This document shows, piece by piece, positions 1 through 9,707 of a stretch of 64,000 nucleotides of DNA. The translations under genes were made by a program, and so were the position numbers. Under the pieces are notes generated by a model. It was given only the letters and a program-made list of their open reading frames with translations, made no database searches and was not told where the DNA came from. The DNA comes from an uncultured Alphaproteobacteria bacterium. Its GTDB lineage: Bacteria > Pseudomonadota > Alphaproteobacteria > RF32 > CAG-239. The first letter of the stretch is position 1; each line of letters begins with the position of its first letter. The stretch lies in contig CASFSV010000014.1 in NCBI GenBank assembly GCA_949297415.1, positions 139,873 through 203,872 on the forward strand, in the 5' to 3' direction.

Positions 1-487
1 CTACCAGCAATCTATGTTCCAGAGAGGGTTCAGAGTTTAATTTTAAAAGAATATCTATACCGTTGTCTGCATATAATATTTGTATTGAACCCGATCTAAT
101 CGGTTCTTTTGGTTTGGCTTGTTTTTTCTTTTTTAGAGGGAGAGGACTTTGAGAAATAGAACAAAACTCTTGTAAAAAAACTTTAATCTCTGGCAGCAAC
201 CGATTGATTTCCGGCAACAACATCGGGCAATTATCTATATCTACCAAATTGTGCGTTTTACTCTCATTAAACCCTAAACTTAATTTACCTTTGACTTGCT
301 TAAAATCCATCTCTGCTCGGCGACGATTACCATCCCCGATATATATCGTGTCTTCTATTATCGGATGTGCCCCTTTTATATTACCGATGGTTTGTTCAAA
401 ATCCTTTTGTTTACGTTGGCGATATTCATTCTCTCCTAATTCACGCAAAGGGCAACCGCCACATGTATGACAAGTTTGATTTATCAT
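1..487 (-). CDS. RlmD/RumA-like class I SAM-dependent 23S rRNA (uracil-5)-methyltransferase, N-terminal part only; gene runs off the window start
   Basis: Reverse-strand translation from the ATG complementary to 485-487 gives MINQTCHTCGGCPLRELGENEYRQRKQKDFEQT..., with the Cys cluster typical of RumA-family Fe-S methyltransferases. It is open to position 1. It is absent from the ORF track only because it has no in-window stop. The plus-strand ORFs 204..470 and 367..603 overlap it and look spurious. Confidence 0.55.
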   Translation of the reverse strand, partial: MINQTCHTCGGCPLRELGENEYRQRKQKDFEQTIGNIKGAHPIIEDTIYIGDGNRRRAEMDFKQVKGKLSLGFNESKTHNLVDIDNCPMLLPEINRLLPEIKVFLQEFCSISQSPLPLKKKKQAKPKEPIRSGSIQILYADNGIDILLKLNSEPSLEHRLLV

Positions 488-635
488 TGTTCCTCTCTTT
501 TTTTCTTTTCTACAAAAAAAATATCAGAAACACAAGTAATAGTTTTAAACATTTCTGCAACAATCTAAAAAAAGAGATGAATATTTTTTTTAATGGTATA
601 TAATGTATCTGTAATTCATTTTTAGGGAGCTTTTT

Positions 636-1784
636 ATGTTAGTCCATATTCCTGACCACTTTAGTTCAAAGCTAAATTTTAATCTTCAAAAGACACCCGT
701 TTCTATTACGGATCGCTCATCGCTTTGGTTGGTTATTCTCGGATGGTTTTTCGGAACATTACTTTTATGTTTGGGTGTTTTTGAATTGTTCAGCTTTATT
801 ACTGCTGAAAAAGCTGAAGGACAATCATTCATTGTCGTTGAGATTTTCTCTTTCATTGTTATCATGATTGCTATCGGACTTATTATTGCTTCCTGTTTTT
901 CTTTTGTTAGATATAAAAAATTCTTTTTTGACGGTAAGAATTTTACAATAATCTATCGTCCGGCCATTGGTGTTAAACATCAGCTAACCGAATCCGTCGA
1001 TAATTATATCGGTGTACGCTTAAGAGTGCTTTTTGTTCAATCCGGACTTTTTAACCGCAGCCGTTATATCATTGATTTATATCATAAGGATTCAAACAAA
1101 ATTGTACCTCTTTATATTTCAATGAAAAATAAAAATATTCGGAAAATTTGGGAAAATTATGCAAAACATTTTAATCTTCCGGCTTTAAGCGTTAGTGACA
1201 GAGGGCTTATTCAACGTGATTGTGCCGATTTAGATAAGTCCCTTAACGAATTGGCCAGAGAACAAAAATTACCATTTATCGCAAGCGGTAAGTTTCCGGC
1301 GCCTGTTTCTATTACTGTTGATGAACAACTTAAATCAACTTCCGTTGAACCTAACGGAATTTATTGGGATGTTTTTAGCACACTCTTTTTGTTAGTTGCT
1401 ATTTTTTCTGTGCTTTTGTTAACTGCCGGCGGCGTTTACTTAACTATTATCGGAACAACCATCCCTCTCAAATATTGGGCTTTTGGTGCTTTCTTGTTGT
1501 TGGCTGTTATTTACTTTTCAATGAAGCTCTTTAATTCTTATAAGCTTATTATTGATAAAAATTCTGTGCGTGTTATTACTACCTTACTGGGCTCTCCTAT
1601 TTCTGAACAAAGTCTTGATACAAAAAAAATTGAAAACATCGAATTAGCCTACAATCCAACAATCGACCGCTATAATCTGGCTATTATCAGTGATGAGAAA
1701 ATTATTAACTTTGGAAGCAGACTACCTGTTAATGATTTGATTTGGGTTAGAGATTTCATTATCAGAAAATTAATTGGTAATTAA
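636..1784 (+). CDS. membrane protein with two repeats of a 2-TM segment followed by a soluble domain (bPH_2/DUF304-like, YdbS/YdbT-type architecture)
   Basis: 382-aa ORF. Two hydrophobic helix pairs (LWLVILGWFFGTLLLCLGVF..., LFLLVAIFSVLLLTAGGVYLTIIG...) are each followed by a soluble segment, suggesting an internal duplication. A start codon sits just after an A/T-rich leader. Confidence 0.45.
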   Translation: MLVHIPDHFSSKLNFNLQKTPVSITDRSSLWLVILGWFFGTLLLCLGVFELFSFITAEKAEGQSFIVVEIFSFIVIMIAIGLIIASCFSFVRYKKFFFDGKNFTIIYRPAIGVKHQLTESVDNYIGVRLRVLFVQSGLFNRSRYIIDLYHKDSNKIVPLYISMKNKNIRKIWENYAKHFNLPALSVSDRGLIQRDCADLDKSLNELAREQKLPFIASGKFPAPVSITVDEQLKSTSVEPNGIYWDVFSTLFLLVAIFSVLLLTAGGVYLTIIGTTIPLKYWAFGAFLLLAVIYFSMKLFNSYKLIIDKNSVRVITTLLGSPISEQSLDTKKIENIELAYNPTIDRYNLAIISDEKIINFGSRLPVNDLIWVRDFIIRKLIGN

Positions 1785-1856
1785 AAACACTTTTTCGTTG
1801 CGCTTCAATCTACGCTTTGATAGATTTGTGTAAACTATATATTTTAACTGAGGGAT

Positions 1857-2588
1857 ATGGTCATGGCAAAAGACATTAAACGTAATAGTGAAAAAAGCAA
1901 AAATGCTACTCAAAGTAGCAATCCTTATTTTAATTTGGATGCGGAAAAGGCTTTTTTTGAGGAAGTTGATGAAGAAGTCAGAAATGAAAAGTTTAAAGAA
2001 CTTATCAATAAATACGGTGGCTACATTCTGACGTTTGTTATTTTGGTTTTGGCTTTTGCAGTTGGTTATGAAAAAATCGGTGAGTGGCGTGTTAATAAAG
2101 CTGAACAAACTAATGCTCGTTATGTTCAGGCTGTTTCAGCGTCTTCTGATTACGAAAACAACATTGCTGAATTAGAAGGTATTGTTCAAACAGAAACAGG
2201 TTTATATAAAGATATTGCTCGCTTACAAATTGCTAATATTTTACTTGACAATAATCAAACAGATAAAGCTTTGACTGTATTGGCCCAAATAAATGACGAT
2301 ACTGCTGCTAGTGATAAAATTAGGGAAATAGCAGCCGTTAAATTGGCTACTTATAAAATTGATTCTTCGTCATATAGTGAAATTGAAAGAATTTTGGACC
2401 CTATTGTAAAAAAAGGTGGCGCATGGGCTCCGATGGCTAAAGAGTTGTTGGCTATGTCGGCTATTCAAAATAAAGATATGGACAGAGCAAAGGCCATTTA
2501 CGAAGAATTGCTTGCTGCCGGAAATATTTCTGAAGAATTTAAGGCCAGAATTAATGATATGCTGGCATCAATTAATGAAGCTCAATAA
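1857..2588 (+). CDS. YfgM-like tetratricopeptide-repeat membrane-anchored protein (ancillary SecYEG/BamB-associated)
   Basis: 243 aa with a charged N-terminus, a single TM (YILTFVILVLAFAVGY) and a TPR-like helical C-terminal domain. It lies immediately upstream of bamB and der, which is the conserved yfgM-bamB-der synteny. Confidence 0.6.
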   Translation: MVMAKDIKRNSEKSKNATQSSNPYFNLDAEKAFFEEVDEEVRNEKFKELINKYGGYILTFVILVLAFAVGYEKIGEWRVNKAEQTNARYVQAVSASSDYENNIAELEGIVQTETGLYKDIARLQIANILLDNNQTDKALTVLAQINDDTAASDKIREIAAVKLATYKIDSSSYSEIERILDPIVKKGGAWAPMAKELLAMSAIQNKDMDRAKAIYEELLAAGNISEEFKARINDMLASINEAQ

Positions 2589-2710
2589 TAATTATTGAGC
2601 TTTCTTCTTTCTTATATAGATAATGTAATTATATCTATCTGAAAGTATGTACTTGATAATTAATCTCTTTGAACGTTACTGTTGTTGTAATATTGCTTTA
2701 GGAGTTTTCT

Positions 2711-4027
2711 ATGCGTTGGTTTAATAAAGGATTTTATATTTGTGGTGTGGCGCTTTGTCTTGTTGCTTGCGCTCAGGATAAGAAACTTCCTGAAGGTGTT
2801 AGAGTATCTGTACTTAATGATAATATGCCTCAAATTTCTATAGATAATCAAATGATTAAATCTTTGCCTACTCCTTATGCTAACACATCTTGGAGTCAAG
2901 CCGGTGTTAATCCTCAACATATTATCGGTAACCTTCAGGCTGGTTTTACACTTAAAGAAAAATGGATACAGAGTTTCGGAAAAGGGATTAATAAGCGTGA
3001 TTTATTGTTAGCAGCACCAGTTGTTGGAAATAATTCTATCTTTGTAATGGATACTAAAGGGAAAGTTTCCGCATTTAATTTAGAAAGCGGAAAAATGCTA
3101 TGGGAAAATCAGCTATCAGCCAATGTCGGTGGTTTTAAAGAAACAAAAAGCCGAGCTTCAGGTTTAGCATTTGATAACAATACACTATTTGCAACAACCG
3201 GTTTTGGCGGTGTATTTGCAATGAATGCGCAAACTGGAGCCCCTAAATGGCGCAAAGTGATGGAATCGCCTATTCGTATTGCTCCAACGGTTACCCCTAA
3301 TATGCTTTTGGTACAAACCGTAGATAATCGTCTCTATGCTTTAGATAAGAGCAATGGTCAAGAAATTTGGCGCTTTGGGGTTGCGCACGAAGACACAGTT
3401 ATCGCAGGTGGTGCATCTCCGGCTTATGATGCAGAAGACAATGTGGTTATTGCAGGATTTTCAAATGGGGAAATCGTTGTACTTAACGCTACTTTAGGTA
3501 CGCCGTTATGGTCACAAATGCTTGTTTCTAATAAGCAAGCTCGCTCAACAACAGAAATTAATACGGTCGGAGCTTATCCAATTGTTGAAGAAGGTGTTAT
3601 CTATGCTATCAGTAATAGCGATGTAATGGCATCATTTGATATGAGAACAGGAGACAAACTTTGGGAAAAAGAGATTGGCTCAATGCAGAATATGTTGCTT
3701 GCAGGTGACTATTTATTTGTCGTTTCTAACAAAAATATTTTATATGCTTTAGAGAAGTATTCCGGAAATATTGTATGGTCTTTAGATGTTCGTGATTATT
3801 TAAGTGACGAAGATACTAAAGCTGCAATTTACGCTGCACCGCCACTCATGTTGAACGGACATATTTTACTTGCCTTTTCGAATGGTAAAATCTTAAAAGT
3901 TGATGCTAAAAGTGGACTTGTTGTTGCTAAAACAGAACTTGAACTTGATATCAGCAACGGTTTAATTGCTGCCGAACAAAAGGTTATTGCTGTTTCTGAT
4001 GATGCTGATGTAATTGTATTTGAATAA
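2711..4027 (+). CDS. bamB: outer membrane protein assembly factor BamB (PQQ-like beta-propeller lipoprotein)
   Basis: 438 aa with lipoprotein signal and lipobox (ALCLVAC). Repeated WxxxxG/propeller blades (e.g. MLWENQL, PKWRKV, EIWRFGV, LWEKEI). Conserved position before der. Confidence 0.85.
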   Translation: MRWFNKGFYICGVALCLVACAQDKKLPEGVRVSVLNDNMPQISIDNQMIKSLPTPYANTSWSQAGVNPQHIIGNLQAGFTLKEKWIQSFGKGINKRDLLLAAPVVGNNSIFVMDTKGKVSAFNLESGKMLWENQLSANVGGFKETKSRASGLAFDNNTLFATTGFGGVFAMNAQTGAPKWRKVMESPIRIAPTVTPNMLLVQTVDNRLYALDKSNGQEIWRFGVAHEDTVIAGGASPAYDAEDNVVIAGFSNGEIVVLNATLGTPLWSQMLVSNKQARSTTEINTVGAYPIVEEGVIYAISNSDVMASFDMRTGDKLWEKEIGSMQNMLLAGDYLFVVSNKNILYALEKYSGNIVWSLDVRDYLSDEDTKAAIYAAPPLMLNGHILLAFSNGKILKVDAKSGLVVAKTELELDISNGLIAAEQKVIAVSDDADVIVFE

Positions 4028-4041
4028 AGTGAACGGAGCTT

Positions 4042-4980
4042 ATGATGGTTAAGATTGTTGAAGCCTCTACTGAAATTTATCATTTGGATAGTTTAGATAA
4101 TTTGTGCACTCATATTGAGAAATGCGGACGCACTTGTTATAAATCTGAAAACTTAATTACAAATGAGACGGCTATTCCCTTTATTTCAGGCATCTTAAAA
4201 AGCGGACACGAATCGGTTATTGAGCATGCTAATGTTATTTTTTCCATGCCCAACACCGAAAAGAATCGTCATATTTTAACCATGAAAGATGTTCGCGGTA
4301 TGAACATTTCTATTGAAAAAGATCCGCTTACCAATAAAGAGGTTATTGTTGTTTCCGGCAATATGCGCGCTTTCCGCGATATTGCTAGACAGTATGGAGT
4401 ACATGACTTTTTAACACTTATCGGTAATCCGTTATTTTATATCAAACCTGATGCAGAACCTAGTTTTGAAAATCTTAAAATTGAAAGCGTACAAAGTTCG
4501 AGATTTTCTGAGTTGCACAATTACATTACAACACACTCTGTTTGTGATTTGGGTGCTTATAAAGATATTACCAGACATCGTTTAGCTTCCTTCTCTATTG
4601 AATCTACAAGATATTGCAACTATTCAAAAGGTAAATTTGGTAGTGAATTAACGGTTATAGAGCCTTGTAATATAGAGAAAAACTCTCCGATGTATGAAGA
4701 GTGGTTAAAGTGTATGAATATGATTGAAACCACTTATATGAAGATGGCTGACCTAGGTGGTAAGGGTGATCAACTTAGAATGTTGCTTCCGCACTCTATT
4801 AAAGCAGATATGATTATGTCTTCCAATATAACCGAGTGGCGACACATTTTCTCGCTTCGTTGTCATTCTGCAGCTCATCCGTCTGTACGCTTGGTTATGA
4901 AGATGATGTTAGAGAAATTTTATCAGATGTTCCCTGACTTCTTTGCGGACCAATACGAAACTTTTATCAAAAATCAATAA
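4042..4980 (+). CDS. thyX: flavin-dependent thymidylate synthase ThyX
   Basis: ThyX signature RHRxxSxxxxSxRY is present as ITRHRLASFSIESTRYC. The HESVIEH motif is also present. 312 aa, with an N-terminal extension relative to minimal ThyX. Confidence 0.88.
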   Translation: MMVKIVEASTEIYHLDSLDNLCTHIEKCGRTCYKSENLITNETAIPFISGILKSGHESVIEHANVIFSMPNTEKNRHILTMKDVRGMNISIEKDPLTNKEVIVVSGNMRAFRDIARQYGVHDFLTLIGNPLFYIKPDAEPSFENLKIESVQSSRFSELHNYITTHSVCDLGAYKDITRHRLASFSIESTRYCNYSKGKFGSELTVIEPCNIEKNSPMYEEWLKCMNMIETTYMKMADLGGKGDQLRMLLPHSIKADMIMSSNITEWRHIFSLRCHSAAHPSVRLVMKMMLEKFYQMFPDFFADQYETFIKNQ

Positions 4981-5128
4981 TACTTTGAGCGTCTATCTCT
5001 TGTAGTCTTGTTGTGGCATTGCGTAATCGTGAGTGATTTTTTAGCATTTATTTAGCGCTTGAAAAATTTGCGCCGTTATGTTATATGCTTTAGTCAGTGT
5101 TTGTTTGATTTAACTAAAAGGATATAAA

Positions 5129-6550
5129 ATGGCGCTTAAAGTTGCAATTGTCGGGAGACCTAATGTTGGTAAATCCACCCTTTTTAACCGCTTGGTCGGT
5201 AAAAAATTGGCTCTGGTGCATGACTTGCCCGGCGTGACACGAGATAGAAAAGAAGCAATTGCCAAACTTAAAGATTTAGAATTGACAGTTATTGATACAG
5301 CCGGCTATGAGGAAGCTCCAGAAGGGAAAATGGAGCAACGTATGTGGCAACAAACAAAACGCGCTATTGATGAATCTGATGTTGTACTATTCTTATTTGA
5401 TGCGCGCGCGGGTATGCAGGCTTATGATGAGCATTTTGCCGATTTGGTGCGCAGAAGTAAAAAACCGGTATTGCTTTTAGCTAATAAATGCGAAGGGAAA
5501 GCTCAGGAGCAAGGAATTTTTGAAGCCTTTAAATTAGGACTTGGTTCTCCGATTATTTTTTCGGCTGAGCACAATATCGGTTTTGATGAACTTTATCTTC
5601 AACTGAAAGATTTTGATGAACAGATAAACTCTTCCAATAATGAAAAAAATGAAAATGATGTCGAGCCGAACGAAAATTCCATACCCGACAATATTTCTGA
5701 AGAAGATGAAAAAAATTATCTTGAAAATTTGAAAAAACGCCCGATACAAATTGCTGTGGTCGGACGGCCTAATGTCGGTAAATCTACACTTGTCAACGCT
5801 CTTCTTAATGATGAGCGTATGCTGACCGGTCCCGAAGCCGGATTAACTCGTGACGCAATTACTACTCGTTGGGAGTGGAAAGGTTGGACTATCAACCTTG
5901 TCGATACTGCAGGACTTCGCAAACAAGCTAAAGTTTCCGGCGCGATTGAAAAAATGTCCGTCGAAAGCACTCTTTATGCCGCAAATATGGCTCAAGTCGT
6001 TATATTGGTTTTAGATGCCGACGGTGTTCTCGATAAGCAAGATTTAACGATTGCGCGTAAAGTTCTTGATGAAGGGCGTGCGTTGGTTATTGCCGTTAAT
6101 AAATGGGATATTGCCGATAAAAAAGAGGCTTTACAAAAGTTAAACGATAAACTGCAAACCTCTCTTACACAAGCTGAGGGCGTACCGACGGTTACGATTT
6201 CCGCTTTGAAGAAAAAAGGGCTGGATAAACTCTTAAGTGCCGTTATTAAAGTTTATGAGCGTTGGAATATTCGTATTCCGACTGCTCCTCTCAATAAATG
6301 GTTCAAGGATGTTCAAGAACAAAATCCGGCTCCGCTCGGTAAAAATAAACGGCGTATTAAACTCCGCTATATTACGCAAGCTAAAACAAGACCGCCGGCT
6401 TTTTTCATCTTTTCCAGTAATCCGGAGGGGTTGCCTGCTTCTTATTTGAGATACTTAACCAATCAGTTACGAGAAACCTTTAATCTTAGAGGTGTGCCGA
6501 TTAGAATAACAGTTCGAAAATCTGATAATCCCTATGCCGATAAAGATTAG
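5129..6550 (+). CDS. der: ribosome biogenesis GTPase Der (EngA), two tandem GTPase domains plus KH-like C-terminus
   Basis: GRPNVGKST P-loop appears twice (res 9-17 and ~203-211), with DTAG motifs and NKxD (NKCE, NKWD). An acidic/Asn-rich low-complexity linker lies between the G domains. Confidence 0.95.
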   Translation: MALKVAIVGRPNVGKSTLFNRLVGKKLALVHDLPGVTRDRKEAIAKLKDLELTVIDTAGYEEAPEGKMEQRMWQQTKRAIDESDVVLFLFDARAGMQAYDEHFADLVRRSKKPVLLLANKCEGKAQEQGIFEAFKLGLGSPIIFSAEHNIGFDELYLQLKDFDEQINSSNNEKNENDVEPNENSIPDNISEEDEKNYLENLKKRPIQIAVVGRPNVGKSTLVNALLNDERMLTGPEAGLTRDAITTRWEWKGWTINLVDTAGLRKQAKVSGAIEKMSVESTLYAANMAQVVILVLDADGVLDKQDLTIARKVLDEGRALVIAVNKWDIADKKEALQKLNDKLQTSLTQAEGVPTVTISALKKKGLDKLLSAVIKVYERWNIRIPTAPLNKWFKDVQEQNPAPLGKNKRRIKLRYITQAKTRPPAFFIFSSNPEGLPASYLRYLTNQLRETFNLRGVPIRITVRKSDNPYADKD

Positions 6551-6573
6551 TTAAGAATATTTATCAAAACTAA

Positions 6574-6601
6574 AGAGTGCTATTTAAGCGCTCTTTTTTT
6601 G
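6574..6601 (+). terminator. rho-independent terminator downstream of der
   Basis: AGAGTGCT-ATTTA-AGCGCTCT hairpin (8 bp with one G-U) followed by a T7 run. Confidence 0.5.
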
Positions 6602-6622
6602 TTGCGTATCGCCATATTTTTT

Positions 6623-6660
6623 GCATAAAAAAGAGGTGCCGGCAGACACCTCTTCTTTTT
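6623..6660. terminator. bidirectional terminator hairpin between convergent der and pilin-like gene
   Basis: AAGAGGTG-CCGGCAGA-CACCTCTT (8-bp stem) flanked by an A-run on one side and a T-run on the other. It works as a terminator in either direction. Confidence 0.45.
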
Positions 6661-6678
6661 CTTTAACTAAGCTGTGGC

Positions 6679-7332
6679 TTAGAAGTACTTCCAAACAACA
6701 CCGTTCAAGTTATTAGCGCAAGCGCCGTTTGCATCAATAATGCTAAATGGTAAACCGTGATCTGTGTCACCAGGAATGTGAAGGTTTGTACCAGCTGCCA
6801 AGGTTGATGTAACACCATCAAGAGCATTCAAAGTACCGCCAGAAGCGCTACCTGCTACACCTTCACCAATCCACATAGCTGCCAAGCCTGAACCTGCGTC
6901 TCCACCCCAGTCAGTAGTTGCAATTGATACGCAAGCACTTTGTGGAATTTGGTCAACTGCGATTGTAAATGCCATATCATCATTAGCTGTTGATTGATCT
7001 ACAACGTTAATTGCAACACCACCACCAAATGCGTTAGTAATTGTGTAATCACTGTCATATGCACCACCAGAAGATACAGCTTGATACATTTCACCTGGGA
7101 TTAAACCAGCTTGTAATGCCATACCGTTGTTCAAACCAGCATATGTTCTTTGTGAAGAGAACAATGTTCTGATGTTTGTGGAAATCATTTGAATTTGATC
7201 ACCAACTTTGTTTGTCTTAAATTTGTTCATTGCTTTTGAATAACCAGCGATACCACCAACTGACAAAACGCCAACGATAGCCAACACGCCGAGCATTTCA
7301 ATCATTGAACGACCTTGCTCATTAACTCTCAT
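6679..7332 (-). CDS. type IV pilin-like protein (prepilin-type N-terminal leader plus hydrophobic helix; Gly/Ala/Ser/Thr-rich globular part)
   Basis: N-terminus MRVNEQG|RSMIEMLGVLAIVGVLSVGGIAGY has a short basic leader, Gly at -1, Glu at +5 and a ~20-aa hydrophobic helix, which is a class III signal. Two C-terminal Cys (QSACVS ... ANGACANN) are consistent with a pilin disulfide loop. Strong RBS (AGGAGA 7 nt upstream). Visibly higher GC and C/G-ending codons than neighbours. Confidence 0.55.
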   Translation of the reverse strand: MRVNEQGRSMIEMLGVLAIVGVLSVGGIAGYSKAMNKFKTNKVGDQIQMISTNIRTLFSSQRTYAGLNNGMALQAGLIPGEMYQAVSSGGAYDSDYTITNAFGGGVAINVVDQSTANDDMAFTIAVDQIPQSACVSIATTDWGGDAGSGLAAMWIGEGVAGSASGGTLNALDGVTSTLAAGTNLHIPGDTDHGLPFSIIDANGACANNLNGVVWKYF

Positions 7333-7547
7333 ATTAATTCTCCTAAAATATATGTACCTTAAACATTGTTTACTTTACATTAGAAAATGCTTTTTTACAA
7401 TTATGTAAATAGTCATAGTCTTTAACTAAAGTAATAGATAAGGTTGTTACCTCTAAGTTTATTACTTACAAGCAGTCCTAAACTTGTTTTGGATTTTAAA
7501 TGGTAAAACTTAATATTTCCCTAACAAAAACGAATATTCTTAATCTT

Positions 7548-7889
7548 TTATCCAAATGTACGACCGCCACTCGCAACTTGTGAAGCCGGCGCATTATTCA
7601 GAGAAATGTTGATATTATTTATATCATCTATTTTCAATTCAGCTTCTAGCAAATTTGTCATGGCTTCCACTAATTTATCTTTGTTACCTAAGCCAATAGA
7701 AACTAATTCTACTAAAGCTCCTTTATTTACACTGCTTCCCCCAAATGCCATATTGGGATTATAAATTACATTAGCTACAACATAAGATATTGGCTTTCCT
7801 AAAACATCTGCCGTTAGTTCAGATGTTTTTTCCGCTAATTTTTTGCCGTCCTTAATTTCAACATTAGTATAAATAGTTAAAAATGGCAT
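7548..7889 (-). CDS. macrophage migration inhibitory factor (MIF)/tautomerase-superfamily protein
   Basis: 113 aa starting MPFLTIYTNVEIKD. This is the Pro-1 N-terminus with a PF(L/M)xIxTNV pattern, and the length is typical of MIF/D-dopachrome tautomerase homologs. Confidence 0.55.
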   Translation of the reverse strand: MPFLTIYTNVEIKDGKKLAEKTSELTADVLGKPISYVVANVIYNPNMAFGGSSVNKGALVELVSIGLGNKDKLVEAMTNLLEAELKIDDINNINISLNNAPASQVASGGRTFG

Positions 7890-7904
7890 ATTTTTCTCCT
7901 TTAA

Positions 7905-9707
7905 TTAACGAAGTTGTGTACGATATAGCGATGCATAAATTCCATCCGGCTTATCTATCAGTTCATCATGTGTTCCGATTTCTGCAATTTTACCATAATT
8001 TACAACAACTATCTTGTCTGCATTTCTGACTGTAGATAAGCGGTGAGCTATAATAAATACCGTTCTGTCGGCCATTAGATTTTCTATTGCCTGTTGAACA
8101 ATGGCCTCTGACTTATTATCTAATGCAGAAGTTGCTTCATCCAAAATTACTATCGGGGCATTCTTGATAAACGCACGAGCTATCGCAATTCGCTGTTTTT
8201 GACCGCCGGACAACATCACGCCTCGTTCTCCGATTTCCGTATCCAAACCTTTATCTAAGGTTGATATAAATTCTTCCAAACATGCACATTTGACCGCATT
8301 TTTTATCTCGTCTTCCGTGGCGTCCTCTTTTCCTAATATGATATTATCGCGAATCGTACCGCAAAACAGGAAATTATCTTGGAATACAATCGCTATCTTA
8401 TCACGCAACGAATCTATATCAAGCTCTCTAATATCCACACCGTCTATCATTAACTTACCGCCGGTTACATCATAGAAACGCGGCAATAAGTTTACCATTG
8501 TCGTTTTTCCCCCTCCCGAATTACCTACAAACGCTATTGTTTCTCCGATTTTGATTTTTAAATTGATATGGTCTAAGACTTGCTTACCCTTAATATAAGA
8601 AAAACAAACATCTTTATATTCAATGCAATCTTTGGGTGTTGATAATTGTTTCGGATTTTCGCAATTTATAATATCCGGTGTTCTCTCTAAAGCTCCAAAA
8701 ACACGCTCCATAGCCATCAAGGCCATTTGCACACTGTTAAAGTTATTTCCAATACTCTTTATCGGATTGTAAAGCATAATCAGTGCTGCAATAAATGACA
8801 CAAAGCTACCGGCTGTAATCTGATGTGTCACAATTAAGTACGATCCCAGCCAAATTACTGCAGCAACACCAAACGAAACTATGAAGTGCATCAAAGGAGA
8901 TAACATGCCGGTTCTTTGTATCATTTTCATACCAATCTTAAATACGCTATCCAAAGTATTGCTAAAACGTGTATTTTGATATTCATATAAATTGTATGAT
9001 GCAATAATCCGATTACCACTATATGTTTCATTAAAATGTGTCATTACTGCAGAACCTGAAAATACCGATTTATCCATTAGGGATTTTATGCGTTTACGTA
9101 CTCTGGTTAAAGGAAATAATGCCCCCAATAAAACCGCTGTTGCTACTATTGCTAGTTGCCATGAGTTATAAAACAGCACGCATATCAGTGAAATGGATGA
9201 AAACAAACGCGTAGTAAACAGTTTCATATTATTTAGTAAACCACTGCAGGCTGAGTCTACATCATTATTAAAACGGAAAATAATGTCTCCTGATGTATTT
9301 TTATCAAAAAAAGCTGCGTTATAGCGCATTAACTTTCCGAAAAGTTTTTTCTTTACATCCATGGCAATACGTTGTCCAACCCATGTATTTAAATACGTCG
9401 CGCTATATGTCAGTAAACTTTGTAACAAACTAAATACAACTATCAGTAACGGAATTAAAAATGTCGTTGAACCAAGTGTACTTTTTTCAACCATTACTAC
9501 ATCCATATATGGCTTTAATGCCCATGCAATTACCGCATCCATACCGCCTATCGGAATTGTTATTAAAACAGCAGTTAACGCTCGCCATTTATACGGCAAT
9601 ACATAGGGTAAAATTTTACGATAATTTACAACTAAATTCAGACTTAAAAATTTCTCTTTTAGTTTCCGAAACATGGGCTTTCCTAAAAATCTATTACATA
9701 CACTCAA
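7905..9707 (-). CDS. ABC transporter permease/ATP-binding fusion protein, MsbA-like exporter
   Basis: 600 aa with six N-terminal TM helices followed by an NBD. The NBD has Walker A GNSGGGKTT, signature LSGGQKQRIAIARA and Walker B ILDEATSALD. Confidence 0.85.
   Translation of the reverse strand: MSVCNRFLGKPMFRKLKEKFLSLNLVVNYRKILPYVLPYKWRALTAVLITIPIGGMDAVIAWALKPYMDVVMVEKSTLGSTTFLIPLLIVVFSLLQSLLTYSATYLNTWVGQRIAMDVKKKLFGKLMRYNAAFFDKNTSGDIIFRFNNDVDSACSGLLNNMKLFTTRLFSSISLICVLFYNSWQLAIVATAVLLGALFPLTRVRKRIKSLMDKSVFSGSAVMTHFNETYSGNRIIASYNLYEYQNTRFSNTLDSVFKIGMKMIQRTGMLSPLMHFIVSFGVAAVIWLGSYLIVTHQITAGSFVSFIAALIMLYNPIKSIGNNFNSVQMALMAMERVFGALERTPDIINCENPKQLSTPKDCIEYKDVCFSYIKGKQVLDHINLKIKIGETIAFVGNSGGGKTTMVNLLPRFYDVTGGKLMIDGVDIRELDIDSLRDKIAIVFQDNFLFCGTIRDNIILGKEDATEDEIKNAVKCACLEEFISTLDKGLDTEIGERGVMLSGGQKQRIAIARAFIKNAPIVILDEATSALDNKSEAIVQQAIENLMADRTVFIIAHRLSTVRNADKIVVVNYGKIAEIGTHDELIDKPDGIYASLYRTQLR

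Noticed and set aside
204-603. Plus-strand ORFs 204..470 and 367..603 at the window start
   Set aside because: They lie antisense to a much better minus-strand coding frame, the RumA-like MINQTCHTCGGCP... sequence open to position 1. Their own products are low-complexity.
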